A DNA stretch of 64,000 nucleotides, taken from the sequence record MW735835.1; one strand, written 5' to 3'. Each line of letters opens with the position of its first letter. The first letter of the stretch is position 1. The stretch is from Pseudomonas phage pPa_SNUABM_DT01. Below the pieces are notes generated by a model. It did not search any database, had not been told where the DNA came from, and saw only the letters and a list, made by a program, of their open reading frames with translations. Both the position numbers and the translations under genes were made by a program. This document shows, one piece after another, positions 18,977-28,306 of the stretch.

Positions 18977-19567
18977 GTGGCGACCAAACAACAAAAGAAA
19001 ATGAAGAAGGCGCGCAAGATGCGCGAGAAACAGATCAAAGTCTTCTGGGGTATTGGATTTCTGATCGTGCTGGCAATTGGCCTTGTCTGGGCCAAACCGA
19101 GCCATGCAGCGGTGGTCGTGTCCCGTCCGGTCATAGTGGCCAGGCCAGCGGTCACACCACCGCCACCTCGGGTATCGCCCACTCGTGTGTCCAGCACACC
19201 GACCCCCAAAGCAGCCACTGCCACCGGTGCTCACCCTACGCAACGCTATAGCTCCAGCCTGAGCGGTAGTTCGTCCTCGCCGACGTTCTTGCCGATGTAC
19301 ATCCCGATCTACCTGCCGAGTGCTTCAACTCCTGGTACGGTCGAGAAAGTCGATGTGGCCACTCCCATGTTGACCAAGTGCACGCAGGAGCAGTTCCAGC
19401 AGGCGAAGCTGTGGCAGCAGGACTGCAAGCAGCTGGAAGACATCAGTGACCGTTACTGTCCGATCCTGTCGTACTTCCGTTACTGTAAGGAGGCCCAGCC
19501 TGACGAGATCAAAGAACTCAAGCAGGCAGGTCCGAACTACAAGCACGTCTACCTGATCCCGGAGTGA
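18977..19567 (+). CDS. membrane-anchored proline-rich protein (196 aa), GTG start
   Basis: Basic N-terminus, one TM helix, then Pro/Thr/Ser-rich linker. Confidence 0.45.
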   Translation: MATKQQKKMKKARKMREKQIKVFWGIGFLIVLAIGLVWAKPSHAAVVVSRPVIVARPAVTPPPPRVSPTRVSSTPTPKAATATGAHPTQRYSSSLSGSSSSPTFLPMYIPIYLPSASTPGTVEKVDVATPMLTKCTQEQFQQAKLWQQDCKQLEDISDRYCPILSYFRYCKEAQPDEIKELKQAGPNYKHVYLIPE

Positions 19568-19570
19568 CGC

Positions 19571-19942
19571 ATGGACGAGAACGAATACCCACTCAAACAG
19601 TGGAAGTCCAACGAACTGCTCAAGGCTGCCTGCAAGCACCTCCTTGAACAGCCGGAGTACGTGGCTATGGATGTGGCTCAGCGGGACGAGATGGTCCGCT
19701 TTGCTCACGCCTTGCGTCGCAAACTCATGTTGGTCGTGGATAAGCCCGATCAGGCGGATAAAGACTTCCTCCTGCGGGGTTTCTCTAGCCTGTATGACAT
19801 CGAGATCACCACCGACGATCACCTGCGTTACGTCGTGACCATCCATGGCTATACCTTCGTCTTCATCATGGGGATTCCACTCGGTGACAATAAAATCCAT
19901 CCCGCTATGCAGATACTGTTCCCGGAAGGACGTGATAGTTGA
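19571..19942 (+). CDS. hypothetical protein (123 aa)
   Basis: ORF in the array. Confidence 0.45.
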   Translation: MDENEYPLKQWKSNELLKAACKHLLEQPEYVAMDVAQRDEMVRFAHALRRKLMLVVDKPDQADKDFLLRGFSSLYDIEITTDDHLRYVVTIHGYTFVFIMGIPLGDNKIHPAMQILFPEGRDS

Positions 19943-19999
19943 CGGCTTCTTCCCGTATTGCATTGACTACAACCGCTGTGCCATTCACAAGGACACAAA

Positions 20000-21424
20000 T
20001 TGATGATTCCGCAGAACTTGCTCGCTCTTAACGAGAACTTCATGACCCCGACCGACGACGTGTATCACGGCCTGATCGAGGACGTGCTCACCAACGGCAA
20101 CTACAAGGGTGACCGTACCGGTACCGGCACCTTCGCCGTCGTGGGCCGTATGGCTCGTTACAACCTGATGAACGGCCGTAGCCCTCGACCGACCACCAAG
20201 GCCATGAGCGACAACCCCGAACGCGAACTGTTGTGGTTCCGCAATGGTTCGTCTTCCATCAAAGAGCTACGTGACCAGAAAATCGGCATCTGGAACAGCT
20301 GGTTGATGCCTGGCTCGGCCAAGTACCGCCCGATGACCGTGGAAGAGATGAAACCCGGTATCATCAAGCATTACAAAGAGCAGGGTTACGACGACGTCGA
20401 GTTCGCTCCATATGCTGAAGGCGATGAAGACGTCACCGGTAAGTGGTTCACCGAGACCGGCATCAATCTCAACCCGAATGAAAAGACGCCCAAGGTGCGC
20501 ACGGTAGGTTATGCTGGCACGGCTGATCTGGCTGATTTCTACGCATGGCTATTGAGCATGAAAGCTCAAGTGCTGGTCGATGGTGATATCGGTCCTGGTG
20601 GCTACGGTCCTCAATGGCGCCACTGGCAGGACACTCAGCTCATCGACGAGAGCGAACTGCCAGCATACCAAGCTCAAGGTTACCAGCACGTCATCGACGT
20701 GCGTGACAGCGAAGCCTTCTATGGCAAGGTTGTGGTACACCGTGAGATCGACCAGCTGGCCAATGCGATCAAGCTGCTCCGTGAGGACCCGAACAGTCGG
20801 CGCATCATCGTGACTGCCTGGAACCCGGCACTGACCTGGAAAGCCGCTCTGCCTCCGTGCCACCTGTACTTCCAGTTCATCTCCCACGAGCTGACCTTGG
20901 AGCAGCGTTACATCATCGCCAAGGACCGTATGCTGCTCGAGAAGTACGACATCGCTCGTCATGAACAGCAAACCGGCATGATGGACTGCGCCCTGCGCAC
21001 CTGGAACGAATACGACATCCAGATCGACCGTCGTCACAAGACCGATGAAGAACTGCATGTCGTGATGGATCAGTTGCAGATCCCTCGCCGTGGCCTGTAC
21101 GGCTTCGTTCTGCTGCGTTCCAACGACCTCGGCCTGGGACAGCCGTTCAACGTCGCTCAGTACGCCAGCCTGACTCACATGGTCGCCCAGTGTGTCGGCA
21201 TGGCTCCGCTCGAACTGGTCTGGACTGCCGTGGATGCTCACGTGTATTCCAACCACGTCGAGGCACTGCGCGAACAGCTGGAACTCGAGTCCAAGGAATG
21301 TATCCCGCGGATCGTTCTGACCAAAGGCATCACCGACATCGACGCGTTCACCATCTCCGACATCAAGATCATTGACCACGAGATGCACAAGGCGCTGTCG
21401 GACAAGATGCCAGTCGCCGTCTGA
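20000..21424 (+). CDS. thyA: thymidylate synthase family enzyme (ThyA-like) with an internal insertion of about 200 aa
   Basis: N-terminal GDRTGTGT, ELLWF, GIWNSW. Catalytic RRIIVTAWNPAL...LPPCHLYFQF. C-terminal LRSNDLGLGQPFNVAQYASLTHMVAQ...DAHVYSNH. At 474 aa it is roughly 200 aa longer than canonical ThyA. Confidence 0.8.
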   Translation: MMIPQNLLALNENFMTPTDDVYHGLIEDVLTNGNYKGDRTGTGTFAVVGRMARYNLMNGRSPRPTTKAMSDNPERELLWFRNGSSSIKELRDQKIGIWNSWLMPGSAKYRPMTVEEMKPGIIKHYKEQGYDDVEFAPYAEGDEDVTGKWFTETGINLNPNEKTPKVRTVGYAGTADLADFYAWLLSMKAQVLVDGDIGPGGYGPQWRHWQDTQLIDESELPAYQAQGYQHVIDVRDSEAFYGKVVVHREIDQLANAIKLLREDPNSRRIIVTAWNPALTWKAALPPCHLYFQFISHELTLEQRYIIAKDRMLLEKYDIARHEQQTGMMDCALRTWNEYDIQIDRRHKTDEELHVVMDQLQIPRRGLYGFVLLRSNDLGLGQPFNVAQYASLTHMVAQCVGMAPLELVWTAVDAHVYSNHVEALREQLELESKECIPRIVLTKGITDIDAFTISDIKIIDHEMHKALSDKMPVAV

Positions 21425-21642
21425 TGCTTGAGACGGTAGAAAAGGATGGGGAGTACTTCTCCCCATCCGGTCTGCGCTTCAAAGTGTTGCACCTTGGCAA
21501 ACATGGCCAGGATTGTTCGTGGCCAATGGTCATCTACACCAACCTCGAACCCACCCATGATCGCCCTGCTGGCGAAATCTGGGTGATCGAGGAGACGTTG
21601 TTCATGAAGCAGTTCTCCGATCAAGTACAGGAATCTCCATGA
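21424..21642 (+). CDS. hypothetical small protein (72 aa)
   Basis: ORF overlapping the thyA stop (ATGA-style). Confidence 0.4.
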   Translation: MLETVEKDGEYFSPSGLRFKVLHLGKHGQDCSWPMVIYTNLEPTHDRPAGEIWVIEETLFMKQFSDQVQESP

Positions 21643-21839
21643 ATCATACTCGCAACGCTGTCCGATTCTTCATTGTGATCTTCTGGATCATCGTGATCGG
21701 ATTGGGGTACACCGTCATTTCGCATTCCGGCAATGCGTACGCGCTTAGCTGGGCGTCTTGGTTGTTTTACGCTGTTGTAACCATCGTGGTGCTGTATATC
21801 GGCGCCGTACTCTCCTTCAAACTCTGGAACATCAAATGA
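21639..21839 (+). CDS. small membrane protein (66 aa)
   Basis: Two hydrophobic helices. Confidence 0.35.
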   Translation: MNHTRNAVRFFIVIFWIIVIGLGYTVISHSGNAYALSWASWLFYAVVTIVVLYIGAVLSFKLWNIK

Positions 21840-22537
21840 AGAACATCTTCGCTGCTGTACTCATCATGCTCGCCATCGTTGGTTGCAGCCGTACCCCGTC
21901 GAACGTCCACGTGATCTCGACGACCAACTGCGGCGCATCGTGGGAGAAGCTCTCCGTCGGCTCCACTGTTCCCAAGCACACTGGCAACCCGTGCGGCTAC
22001 ACCGTGGCTCTGCCGAACTGGCCGATGGCCGGCGACACTCAGTTCAAGACCCAATTCTCCAAGAAGGTCCTGAGCAACGCGAAGATGTCGTACACCTACA
22101 CCATCACCGATCCGCTTCTGTTCATCAACGAAGCACGCTACCTCGGCAAGATGGGCGGCTCCCTCGAACTCTCTGCTGACAGCGTCGGCAGCCGTTACGA
22201 GATGGCTGAGAACATCATCATCGACAAGATGCTGCGTGAGGTGACGACTGAGCTGACTCGTGATCTGGACGTCGTCGATGCCAACCCGGCTGAGATCGAA
22301 GATGCGATCCTGAAGACCGCCAAGGACACCCTGGAGAAGAAAGGCATCGTCCTGAGCGATCTCGCCCTGGTCATCGAGAACGATGATCTGACTCGTCTGG
22401 CTATCGACGCCGCTACGGCGATCCGTGTGTACGAAGCTGCTGGCATCCGTTCGGTCGGCGAAAGCGTCATGACTGCTCGTGCCGGAGCTACCAAGATCCA
22501 GGTCATCACTGCCGCCGACGGCAACCCGGAACAGTAA
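21836..22537 (+). CDS. lipoprotein with SPFH/band-7-like C-terminal region (233 aa)
   Basis: Signal peptide MKNIFAAVLIMLAIVGCS (lipobox IVGC). C-terminal EIEDAILKTAKDTLEKKGIVL...IRVYEAAG resembles SPFH family helices. Confidence 0.45.
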   Translation: MKNIFAAVLIMLAIVGCSRTPSNVHVISTTNCGASWEKLSVGSTVPKHTGNPCGYTVALPNWPMAGDTQFKTQFSKKVLSNAKMSYTYTITDPLLFINEARYLGKMGGSLELSADSVGSRYEMAENIIIDKMLREVTTELTRDLDVVDANPAEIEDAILKTAKDTLEKKGIVLSDLALVIENDDLTRLAIDAATAIRVYEAAGIRSVGESVMTARAGATKIQVITAADGNPEQ

Positions 22538-22541
22538 CGCT

Positions 22542-22808
22542 ATGGTCGTGACAGGAAGACGGCCCAACATGACCCATGTCTCGGGTGCGTTCTATCTTGT
22601 TCGCACCCAGGCTGGCCTGAAGAAAGCCATCAAGCATTACTTCGACGAAGACGATGCCAAGATGGATGTGCACGGCTATCCGAAGAAGTACCCGGCGTTG
22701 ATTAGTCTCAATACCGGGTATCAGGGCTACTGGTACATCGTCGTCAAGCAAGTACATCTGAACGATCTGAAGAAGGTCCTACTGGACCAAGGTGAAATCA
22801 AGGAGTAG
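22542..22808 (+). CDS. hypothetical protein (88 aa)
   Basis: ATG just after the upstream stop. Alternative ATG at 22569. Confidence 0.35.
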   Translation: MVVTGRRPNMTHVSGAFYLVRTQAGLKKAIKHYFDEDDAKMDVHGYPKKYPALISLNTGYQGYWYIVVKQVHLNDLKKVLLDQGEIKE

Positions 22809-23009
22809 TTGTGGACAAACGTACTTTCATGCTTCAGTTCATCCTGAATGCACGTCGTTCTGGCCGTGATCGGGATATCCATAGCGAACGCGATCGTAGT
22901 GAAATTGTGGATGCAGCTGAAGATCTGTGGAACAAGGTAAACGAGAAGTGTGGCCCGGTAGCTAATCCGCACACCCCTGTGCCGAGACCCTGACGATAAG
23001 GAGAAAACA

Positions 23010-24047
23010 ATGGGTGGTAATGCACTGGCTCCGTTTGGAGCGCGTCGCGTAGACGCAAAGACTGCAAAAGCAGTGACCAGAAAGATGTTCGACGTGATGT
23101 CTGCTATCGCGGTCAAGCACGGCCTGGTTCTGAACATGCACCTGATTCCGGCTTATCGCACCAAGCCGGACTTCGGTGACCTGGACTTCGTCGTTGACAG
23201 TCGCTTCATGCAGGGGATCGACCGTACCACCCTCCTTGCCGAGTTGAAAGAACACTTCAACGCGGACATTCCGTTCAACAATGGTGGAACGGTGCTAAGT
23301 GTTGGCGTTCCGTTGGAAGAAGGTGGGTGTCTACAAGTCGATCTCATCTGGACTGCCGAAGAGAACATCAACACTTCGTTGGCGTACTTTGCCTGGAACG
23401 ATCTCGGTAACCTGATGGGTCGGATCGCGCACAAGTTCGGTTTGAAGTATGGCCATGATGGTTTGTGGATCGTCCTCCGTGACGGCACCTATGAGTTCGG
23501 CAAGATCCTCATCACGCGGGACACTGCCGAAGCTCTGACCTTCATGGGCTACGATCCCGTACGTTGGCTAGAAGGGTTCGAAACCCGTGACGATATCTAC
23601 CGTTTCACGGCATCGACTCGTTTCTTCAACAAAGCGATCTTCGAACTGGACAACCGGAACCACACGGCACGGGTACGTGAGAAGAAACGTCCTGTGTACA
23701 TGGAGTTCCTGGAGTGGGTGAAGAACCCGCCGTTCGAGTTGGCTGAGTACGAGTTCCCTGCGGACAAGTCGCTGAACCTCCCTCGTCTGTTTGAAGTGTT
23801 CCCACATGTCAAGCCGATCTACGAGAAAGAGTGGGCGAAGCTGGAAGAGCAGAAGTACCTCAAGACCCGGTTCAACGCAAGCCTTGTGAAAGAAATCACA
23901 GGGCGTGAAGATCGGGCGCTGGGTGATTACATGAAGCACTTCAAAGCAAACCACTGGAGTGCACTGGCGGACATCCGGAATATGTCGGACGACCAAGTCC
24001 GTGACCTGATCGTCCGTGTCGAGAAGGAATTGACTGAGATGGCGTAA
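23010..24047 (+). CDS. nucleotidyltransferase-fold-like protein (345 aa), function unknown
   Basis: PDFGDLDFVVDS resembles the D-x-D metal-binding motif of Pol-beta-type NTases. Sits immediately upstream of the CCA-adding enzyme. The assignment is tentative. Confidence 0.35.
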   Translation: MGGNALAPFGARRVDAKTAKAVTRKMFDVMSAIAVKHGLVLNMHLIPAYRTKPDFGDLDFVVDSRFMQGIDRTTLLAELKEHFNADIPFNNGGTVLSVGVPLEEGGCLQVDLIWTAEENINTSLAYFAWNDLGNLMGRIAHKFGLKYGHDGLWIVLRDGTYEFGKILITRDTAEALTFMGYDPVRWLEGFETRDDIYRFTASTRFFNKAIFELDNRNHTARVREKKRPVYMEFLEWVKNPPFELAEYEFPADKSLNLPRLFEVFPHVKPIYEKEWAKLEEQKYLKTRFNASLVKEITGREDRALGDYMKHFKANHWSALADIRNMSDDQVRDLIVRVEKELTEMA

Positions 24048-24067
24048 GCTACTCATAAGGAGTCTAA

Positions 24068-25378
24068 ATGGAAGTATTTCTGGTAGGTGGGTTTGTCCGG
24101 GATACACTTCTCGGACTCTCGCCGAACGATCGCGACTATGTCGTGGTTGGAGAAAGCCCAGAAAGCATGCTGGCGAAGGGGTTCACCCAAGTGGGTGGCC
24201 ACTTCCCGGTATTCTTGCATCCCGAAACCCAAGAAGAATATGCCCTGGCCCGGCAAGAGGTGAGCACCGGTGACGGTTACGGTGACTTCACCTATAACTG
24301 GGACGGGGTGTCGCTCGAGATGGACTTGAGCCGTCGTGATTTGACGATCAATGCCATGGCGATTGACACCAACGGTGAAGTGGTAGACCTGTTTGGAGGG
24401 GTAGCTGACCTCAACGCACGACTACTGCGGCACGTAGGTCCTGCATTCGTTGAAGACCCGTTACGGATCATGCGTGTGGCTCGTCTGTCTGCGGTATTGG
24501 GCTTCGACATCGCGTACGAAACCATGGCCCTCATGAAAGAAATGGTGGCCAAGGGCATGCTTCAGGCGTTACCGGGCGAACGCGTGTGGAAAGAGACTGA
24601 GAAGGCTCTGCTCAGCAAAGAACCGAGTCGGTATTTCAAGGTGCTGAAGGAATGCGGTGCTCTCCATGTCTGGTTCCCTGAACTGGACTTGATGGATCGT
24701 GTCCCGCAGCGTCCTGATTACCACGCTGAAGGCGATGTCTGGGTGCACACCCTGATGGTGCTGGATGAATCGGTGCCGCTGACCATGCATTTGGATCGTG
24801 AGCGTTGCTTGCGAGTGCGTTACGCCACGTTGACGCATGACTTCGGTAAGCTGGGCACACCGCAGAAGCTCTTGTGGGCAGATGACGGTGAGTTGCTGGG
24901 CAAACACCATGGTCATGAGGACCCAGATCGCTTTGGTCCGTTCCTGATGGCCTTCTCCAACCGGATTAAGGTGCCTACTCGCCTGCGTAAGTTCGCTCAT
25001 GTCGTGTCGGTCATTCATCAGAATGTCCACTCGATCAAGAAGATGTCTCCTAAGGGCCTGGTGTCGTTGTTCGACAAGGTCGGCGGTAACCGTTCCATTC
25101 GCGATGATGAATACTACCTGGAAGATCTCTCGATCGCCTGCTTGGCTGATAGCCTCGGTAGGCTGATAACCAAAGAAGATGGGTCGCTGGCTCAGATTCC
25201 CGGGTATCCTCAAGGCCAGTACTTCATCGACACCATGACACTCATCAACAACGTCGATGCTGGCGAGATCATGCAGAAAGAACTGGCCAAACGATGGCCG
25301 GTGAAGAAAGCACTGGAGAGCGTCCGGTCTGCTCGCAGTAAGGCAGTCGCTCCCTACGTCCGATCCCATAAATCTTAG
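24068..25378 (+). CDS. cca: CCA-adding tRNA nucleotidyltransferase (class II, head domain + HD domain)
   Basis: GGFVRDTLLGLSPNDRDYVV (GGxVRD...DxD polymerase head motif). ERVWKE body region. HD motif HTLMVL...ATLTHDFGK. Length 436 aa. Confidence 0.8.
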   Translation: MEVFLVGGFVRDTLLGLSPNDRDYVVVGESPESMLAKGFTQVGGHFPVFLHPETQEEYALARQEVSTGDGYGDFTYNWDGVSLEMDLSRRDLTINAMAIDTNGEVVDLFGGVADLNARLLRHVGPAFVEDPLRIMRVARLSAVLGFDIAYETMALMKEMVAKGMLQALPGERVWKETEKALLSKEPSRYFKVLKECGALHVWFPELDLMDRVPQRPDYHAEGDVWVHTLMVLDESVPLTMHLDRERCLRVRYATLTHDFGKLGTPQKLLWADDGELLGKHHGHEDPDRFGPFLMAFSNRIKVPTRLRKFAHVVSVIHQNVHSIKKMSPKGLVSLFDKVGGNRSIRDDEYYLEDLSIACLADSLGRLITKEDGSLAQIPGYPQGQYFIDTMTLINNVDAGEIMQKELAKRWPVKKALESVRSARSKAVAPYVRSHKS

Positions 25379-25386
25379 GAGTCCGT

Positions 25387-25884
25387 ATGGACCGTGAGTT
25401 TCTTGCTGAAATCGATCCTATCATCGCACAGATCAAGTCCGATGATGCAGGCAACTACGTCTTCCACCCGACCGAGAAGTCGTACGCCCTGATCCTGATC
25501 GACCGTACCATCGACATCTACGCTCGCATCCAGCACACCGGCCTGCAAGAGGCCATGAAGGACATGTGCGGCGTATTCGACCTCGTGTACGAGCCGCCGC
25601 AGGGCTGGAAGCTGAACGGGGTGTCATCGTTCTCGATCACTCTGATCGGCCAACGTGTCGACGTGTCGCTCGAGTTCTCCCGACACAACCCTGAAGACTC
25701 GAGCGTCATCGAGAAGGACCGGAAGGACTACGTGATCGAGCTGGCGAACTTCGCCGAGCGTGTCTACCTGTGTCGTATCCTCAGTGGCATCAATGTCAAC
25801 ATGCCTGTACACCGTAACCGTCAGCTGGACTTCGTGTTCACGTACGACGGTAAGGAACTGGCTATCAGTAAGCCGGGGGAGTGA
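25387..25884 (+). CDS. hypothetical protein (165 aa)
   Basis: ORF between the CCA and HD genes. Overlaps the next gene by 4 nt. Confidence 0.45.
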   Translation: MDREFLAEIDPIIAQIKSDDAGNYVFHPTEKSYALILIDRTIDIYARIQHTGLQEAMKDMCGVFDLVYEPPQGWKLNGVSSFSITLIGQRVDVSLEFSRHNPEDSSVIEKDRKDYVIELANFAERVYLCRILSGINVNMPVHRNRQLDFVFTYDGKELAISKPGE

Positions 25885-26525
25885 TGAACCACTTTCTTAC
25901 TCGTCTGGAAGGTAAGCTGCTGGTAGTCCTTGAGACGAATCCCAGTGCTAACCTTCCATACCACAACAACGAACACATGAAACAGATGTGGGCGCTGGCC
26001 AGGACCATCTGGGAACGTGAGGAGGAAGATGTCGGTCTGGGCGATTCCACTTGGAACTACGTGGTGCTGATGTTCGCCTGCCTGTTCCATGATTGGGATC
26101 ATTCCGGTGGCCACGACTCCGATCACTACAACGTGCTCCGGGCTCGTGAGTTCGTCGAAGAGCTGATCGCCAAGAATGGTTACACCCTCCCGGGGCGTGT
26201 CATCAAGGCGATTGACGATGCGATCGCCGTGACCGAGTTCCCCTTCGTTATCCAGCCGAAGAATCGACTGGAAGCAGTGATTCGCGATGCGGACTCACTG
26301 TATGCCACTCATCGTCGCGACCCTACCGTCATCATTGACGGCTTGCGTCAAGAGATGGAAGTCAAGTTTGGCAATGCGATCTCTGACCAGCAGATGCTGG
26401 ACGGTCATATCGACTTCATGGCCAAGACCACCATGTTCACCAAAACCGCCCACGATATCTGGGCTGCCAACGCGCAGCCGTTCGTGGAAGACCTGAAACG
26501 CTACGTTAAAGAACGAGGTAATTGA
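25881..26525 (+). CDS. HD-domain phosphohydrolase (214 aa)
   Basis: NNEHMKQMW (His) and CLFHDWDHSGG (HD) metal-binding motifs. Confidence 0.6.
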   Translation: MMNHFLTRLEGKLLVVLETNPSANLPYHNNEHMKQMWALARTIWEREEEDVGLGDSTWNYVVLMFACLFHDWDHSGGHDSDHYNVLRAREFVEELIAKNGYTLPGRVIKAIDDAIAVTEFPFVIQPKNRLEAVIRDADSLYATHRRDPTVIIDGLRQEMEVKFGNAISDQQMLDGHIDFMAKTTMFTKTAHDIWAANAQPFVEDLKRYVKERGN

Positions 26526-26830
26526 TGTCTACTCACCAGGTACGCAGCTACACCCTGAGCGGTGCTGCCATGGACGTGTTCACCAAGCTGTATCACAAAG
26601 GTCCGCAGGAAGACGGCGATCTGCCGAGCAAAGCCGGCATGACCGAATTGATCGATCTCGGCCTGGCCAAGAAAGACACCCGTCAAGACGGCATCAACAA
26701 GCTGACCAAACTCGGTGAGCATGAAGCGGGCGTGTACTTCACCCAAGTGGCCGTCAACAAGCAGCAAGAAGAAGCTGCTGCACGTGAAGCCGAGGAAGAG
26801 GATACCACCGATGAAGCAGAGCAGGCGTAA
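26522..26830 (+). CDS. hypothetical protein with acidic C-terminal tail (102 aa)
   Basis: ORF with C-terminus EEAAAREAEEEDTTDEAEQA. Confidence 0.4.
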   Translation: MMSTHQVRSYTLSGAAMDVFTKLYHKGPQEDGDLPSKAGMTELIDLGLAKKDTRQDGINKLTKLGEHEAGVYFTQVAVNKQQEEAAAREAEEEDTTDEAEQA

Positions 26831-27107
26831 TTTCCTGCGGATGATCGGTGTAGGTGCAGGAGCGGCAATTGCCGCTCCTGTGTTTGCACTGGTCCCTGAA
26901 CCGCAGGTCGACTTGGCCGCCCTCGAAGCTGAGTATCATCAGAAGGTCCTTGACGATCTGCTGACCCGCATCCGTGAAGGCGTCTACGAACAGGTCCAGA
27001 ATAGCAACTACGAAACTGCCCTCGAAGCTGCTCGTGGTGACGCGTTTGCCAACATGCTCTTTCAGAACCGGGTGGTAACGCCCGATGAAGTTGGACTCTT
27101 CGTATAA
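26811..27107 (+). CDS. twin-arginine (Tat) signal peptide protein (98 aa)
   Basis: MKQSRRNFLRMIGVGAGAAIAAPVFA matches the S-R-R-x-F-L Tat motif followed by an h-region and AxA-like site. Confidence 0.4.
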   Translation: MKQSRRNFLRMIGVGAGAAIAAPVFALVPEPQVDLAALEAEYHQKVLDDLLTRIREGVYEQVQNSNYETALEAARGDAFANMLFQNRVVTPDEVGLFV

Positions 27108-27137
27108 ACGCTCTAAGAGCACAACAAGGACTAAGAA

Positions 27138-27560
27138 ATGAAGAAGTACAGCCTGTTTCTCGCCGTCGCTTTCGCTTCCCTGACCCACATCGCCCCGACT
27201 CAAGCAGCCGAGATCATCGGCGAGGTAACGGCGGTCGTCGAGAAGGCAACCTGCACGCTCGTAGCGAAGGAAGACACCACCGGGAAGACCGTGGTAGGTG
27301 GTGGCGCTGGCGCGGTCGGTGGGGCCGTTGTAGGCCGTCTGATAGGGGGTAAGAAAGGTACCGGGTGGGGTGCACTGATTGGTGCCGGTGCTGGTGCCCT
27401 GATCGGTAACAACATGGGCGACGAGACCTACTCGTGCAACCTGATCATTACTGCTGATGGCAAGCGCCAGATGGTCGATGCGACCACCGAGAAGAAGCTC
27501 AAGCAGGGTGACCAGATCACCCTGATCAAGACCGACGACGGGAAACTGTCTGTCATGTGA
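27138..27560 (+). CDS. secreted glycine-zipper protein (140 aa)
   Basis: Sec signal MKKYSLFLAVAFASLTHIAPTQA. GGGAGAVGGAVVGRLIGG...GALIGAGAGALIG glycine-zipper repeats. Terminator hairpin at 27568-27591. Confidence 0.55.
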   Translation: MKKYSLFLAVAFASLTHIAPTQAAEIIGEVTAVVEKATCTLVAKEDTTGKTVVGGGAGAVGGAVVGRLIGGKKGTGWGALIGAGAGALIGNNMGDETYSCNLIITADGKRQMVDATTEKKLKQGDQITLIKTDDGKLSVM

Positions 27561-27659
27561 TCCAAGCGTCCGAGGGGTAACTCCCTCGGACTGTATACCG
27601 CATTGGATTTTTCTTTGGTCCTACATTATCCAGCAGCACTAAGCTAAGGGGGTAACACC

Positions 27660-27938
27660 ATGAGCGAGTCACCAGAAGAGTTTGGGCCACTGACGCCTGA
27701 ACAAGAACAAGAGATGCTCCGTCATCCGTTGAACGGACAGTACATCCACGAGCTGGAAGAGGATGTCAAGTACTACAGCCGTGTGCTCAAGGACACTTCG
27801 GAAGGCGATCCAGTACATCGCCGCTTTACCGCCCAGCTGGAATCCACGCAGCGTTACATTAACCTTCGCCGTCGGTTTGACCAATACGGCGTCGCTACCA
27901 TCTTCGACCTGGACAAAGTCCACGACACCCGCCGTTAA
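27660..27938 (+). CDS. hypothetical protein (92 aa)
   Basis: ORF with aaggggg RBS. Confidence 0.4.
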   Translation: MSESPEEFGPLTPEQEQEMLRHPLNGQYIHELEEDVKYYSRVLKDTSEGDPVHRRFTAQLESTQRYINLRRRFDQYGVATIFDLDKVHDTRR

Positions 27939-27967
27939 TTCACCCAGCAATCATCAGGAGATACCCC

Positions 27968-28306
27968 ATGAACAAAGCACTCGACGAACTGATGTGGGCT
28001 GCTCACCGCGCGGAAGGTGAAGCCGCTCATGCAATCGACAACACCGAAGGGATGTTCATCGACATCCGTGACGAGCAACAACTGCCCGTTGAAGGTGACA
28101 TCGAAGGTATCCATACCTTTAACCTGGGCGTGTCCATGGGTATCAAAACCTTCCTGGATCATTTGTCCACGGCAGGCTACAGCATCGTTACTCCTGACGG
28201 TGACGTCATTGCGCCTCATAGCGAAGGCTGCAAGACCGAACCGCTGGGTGAGACCTGGCAACACTGGCTGCTCTCGGGTGGCAAGAACCTGCGGGTGGCG
28301 GAATGA
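27968..28306 (+). CDS. hypothetical protein (112 aa)
   Basis: ORF with aggagatacccc RBS. Confidence 0.45.
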   Translation: MNKALDELMWAAHRAEGEAAHAIDNTEGMFIDIRDEQQLPVEGDIEGIHTFNLGVSMGIKTFLDHLSTAGYSIVTPDGDVIAPHSEGCKTEPLGETWQHWLLSGGKNLRVAE

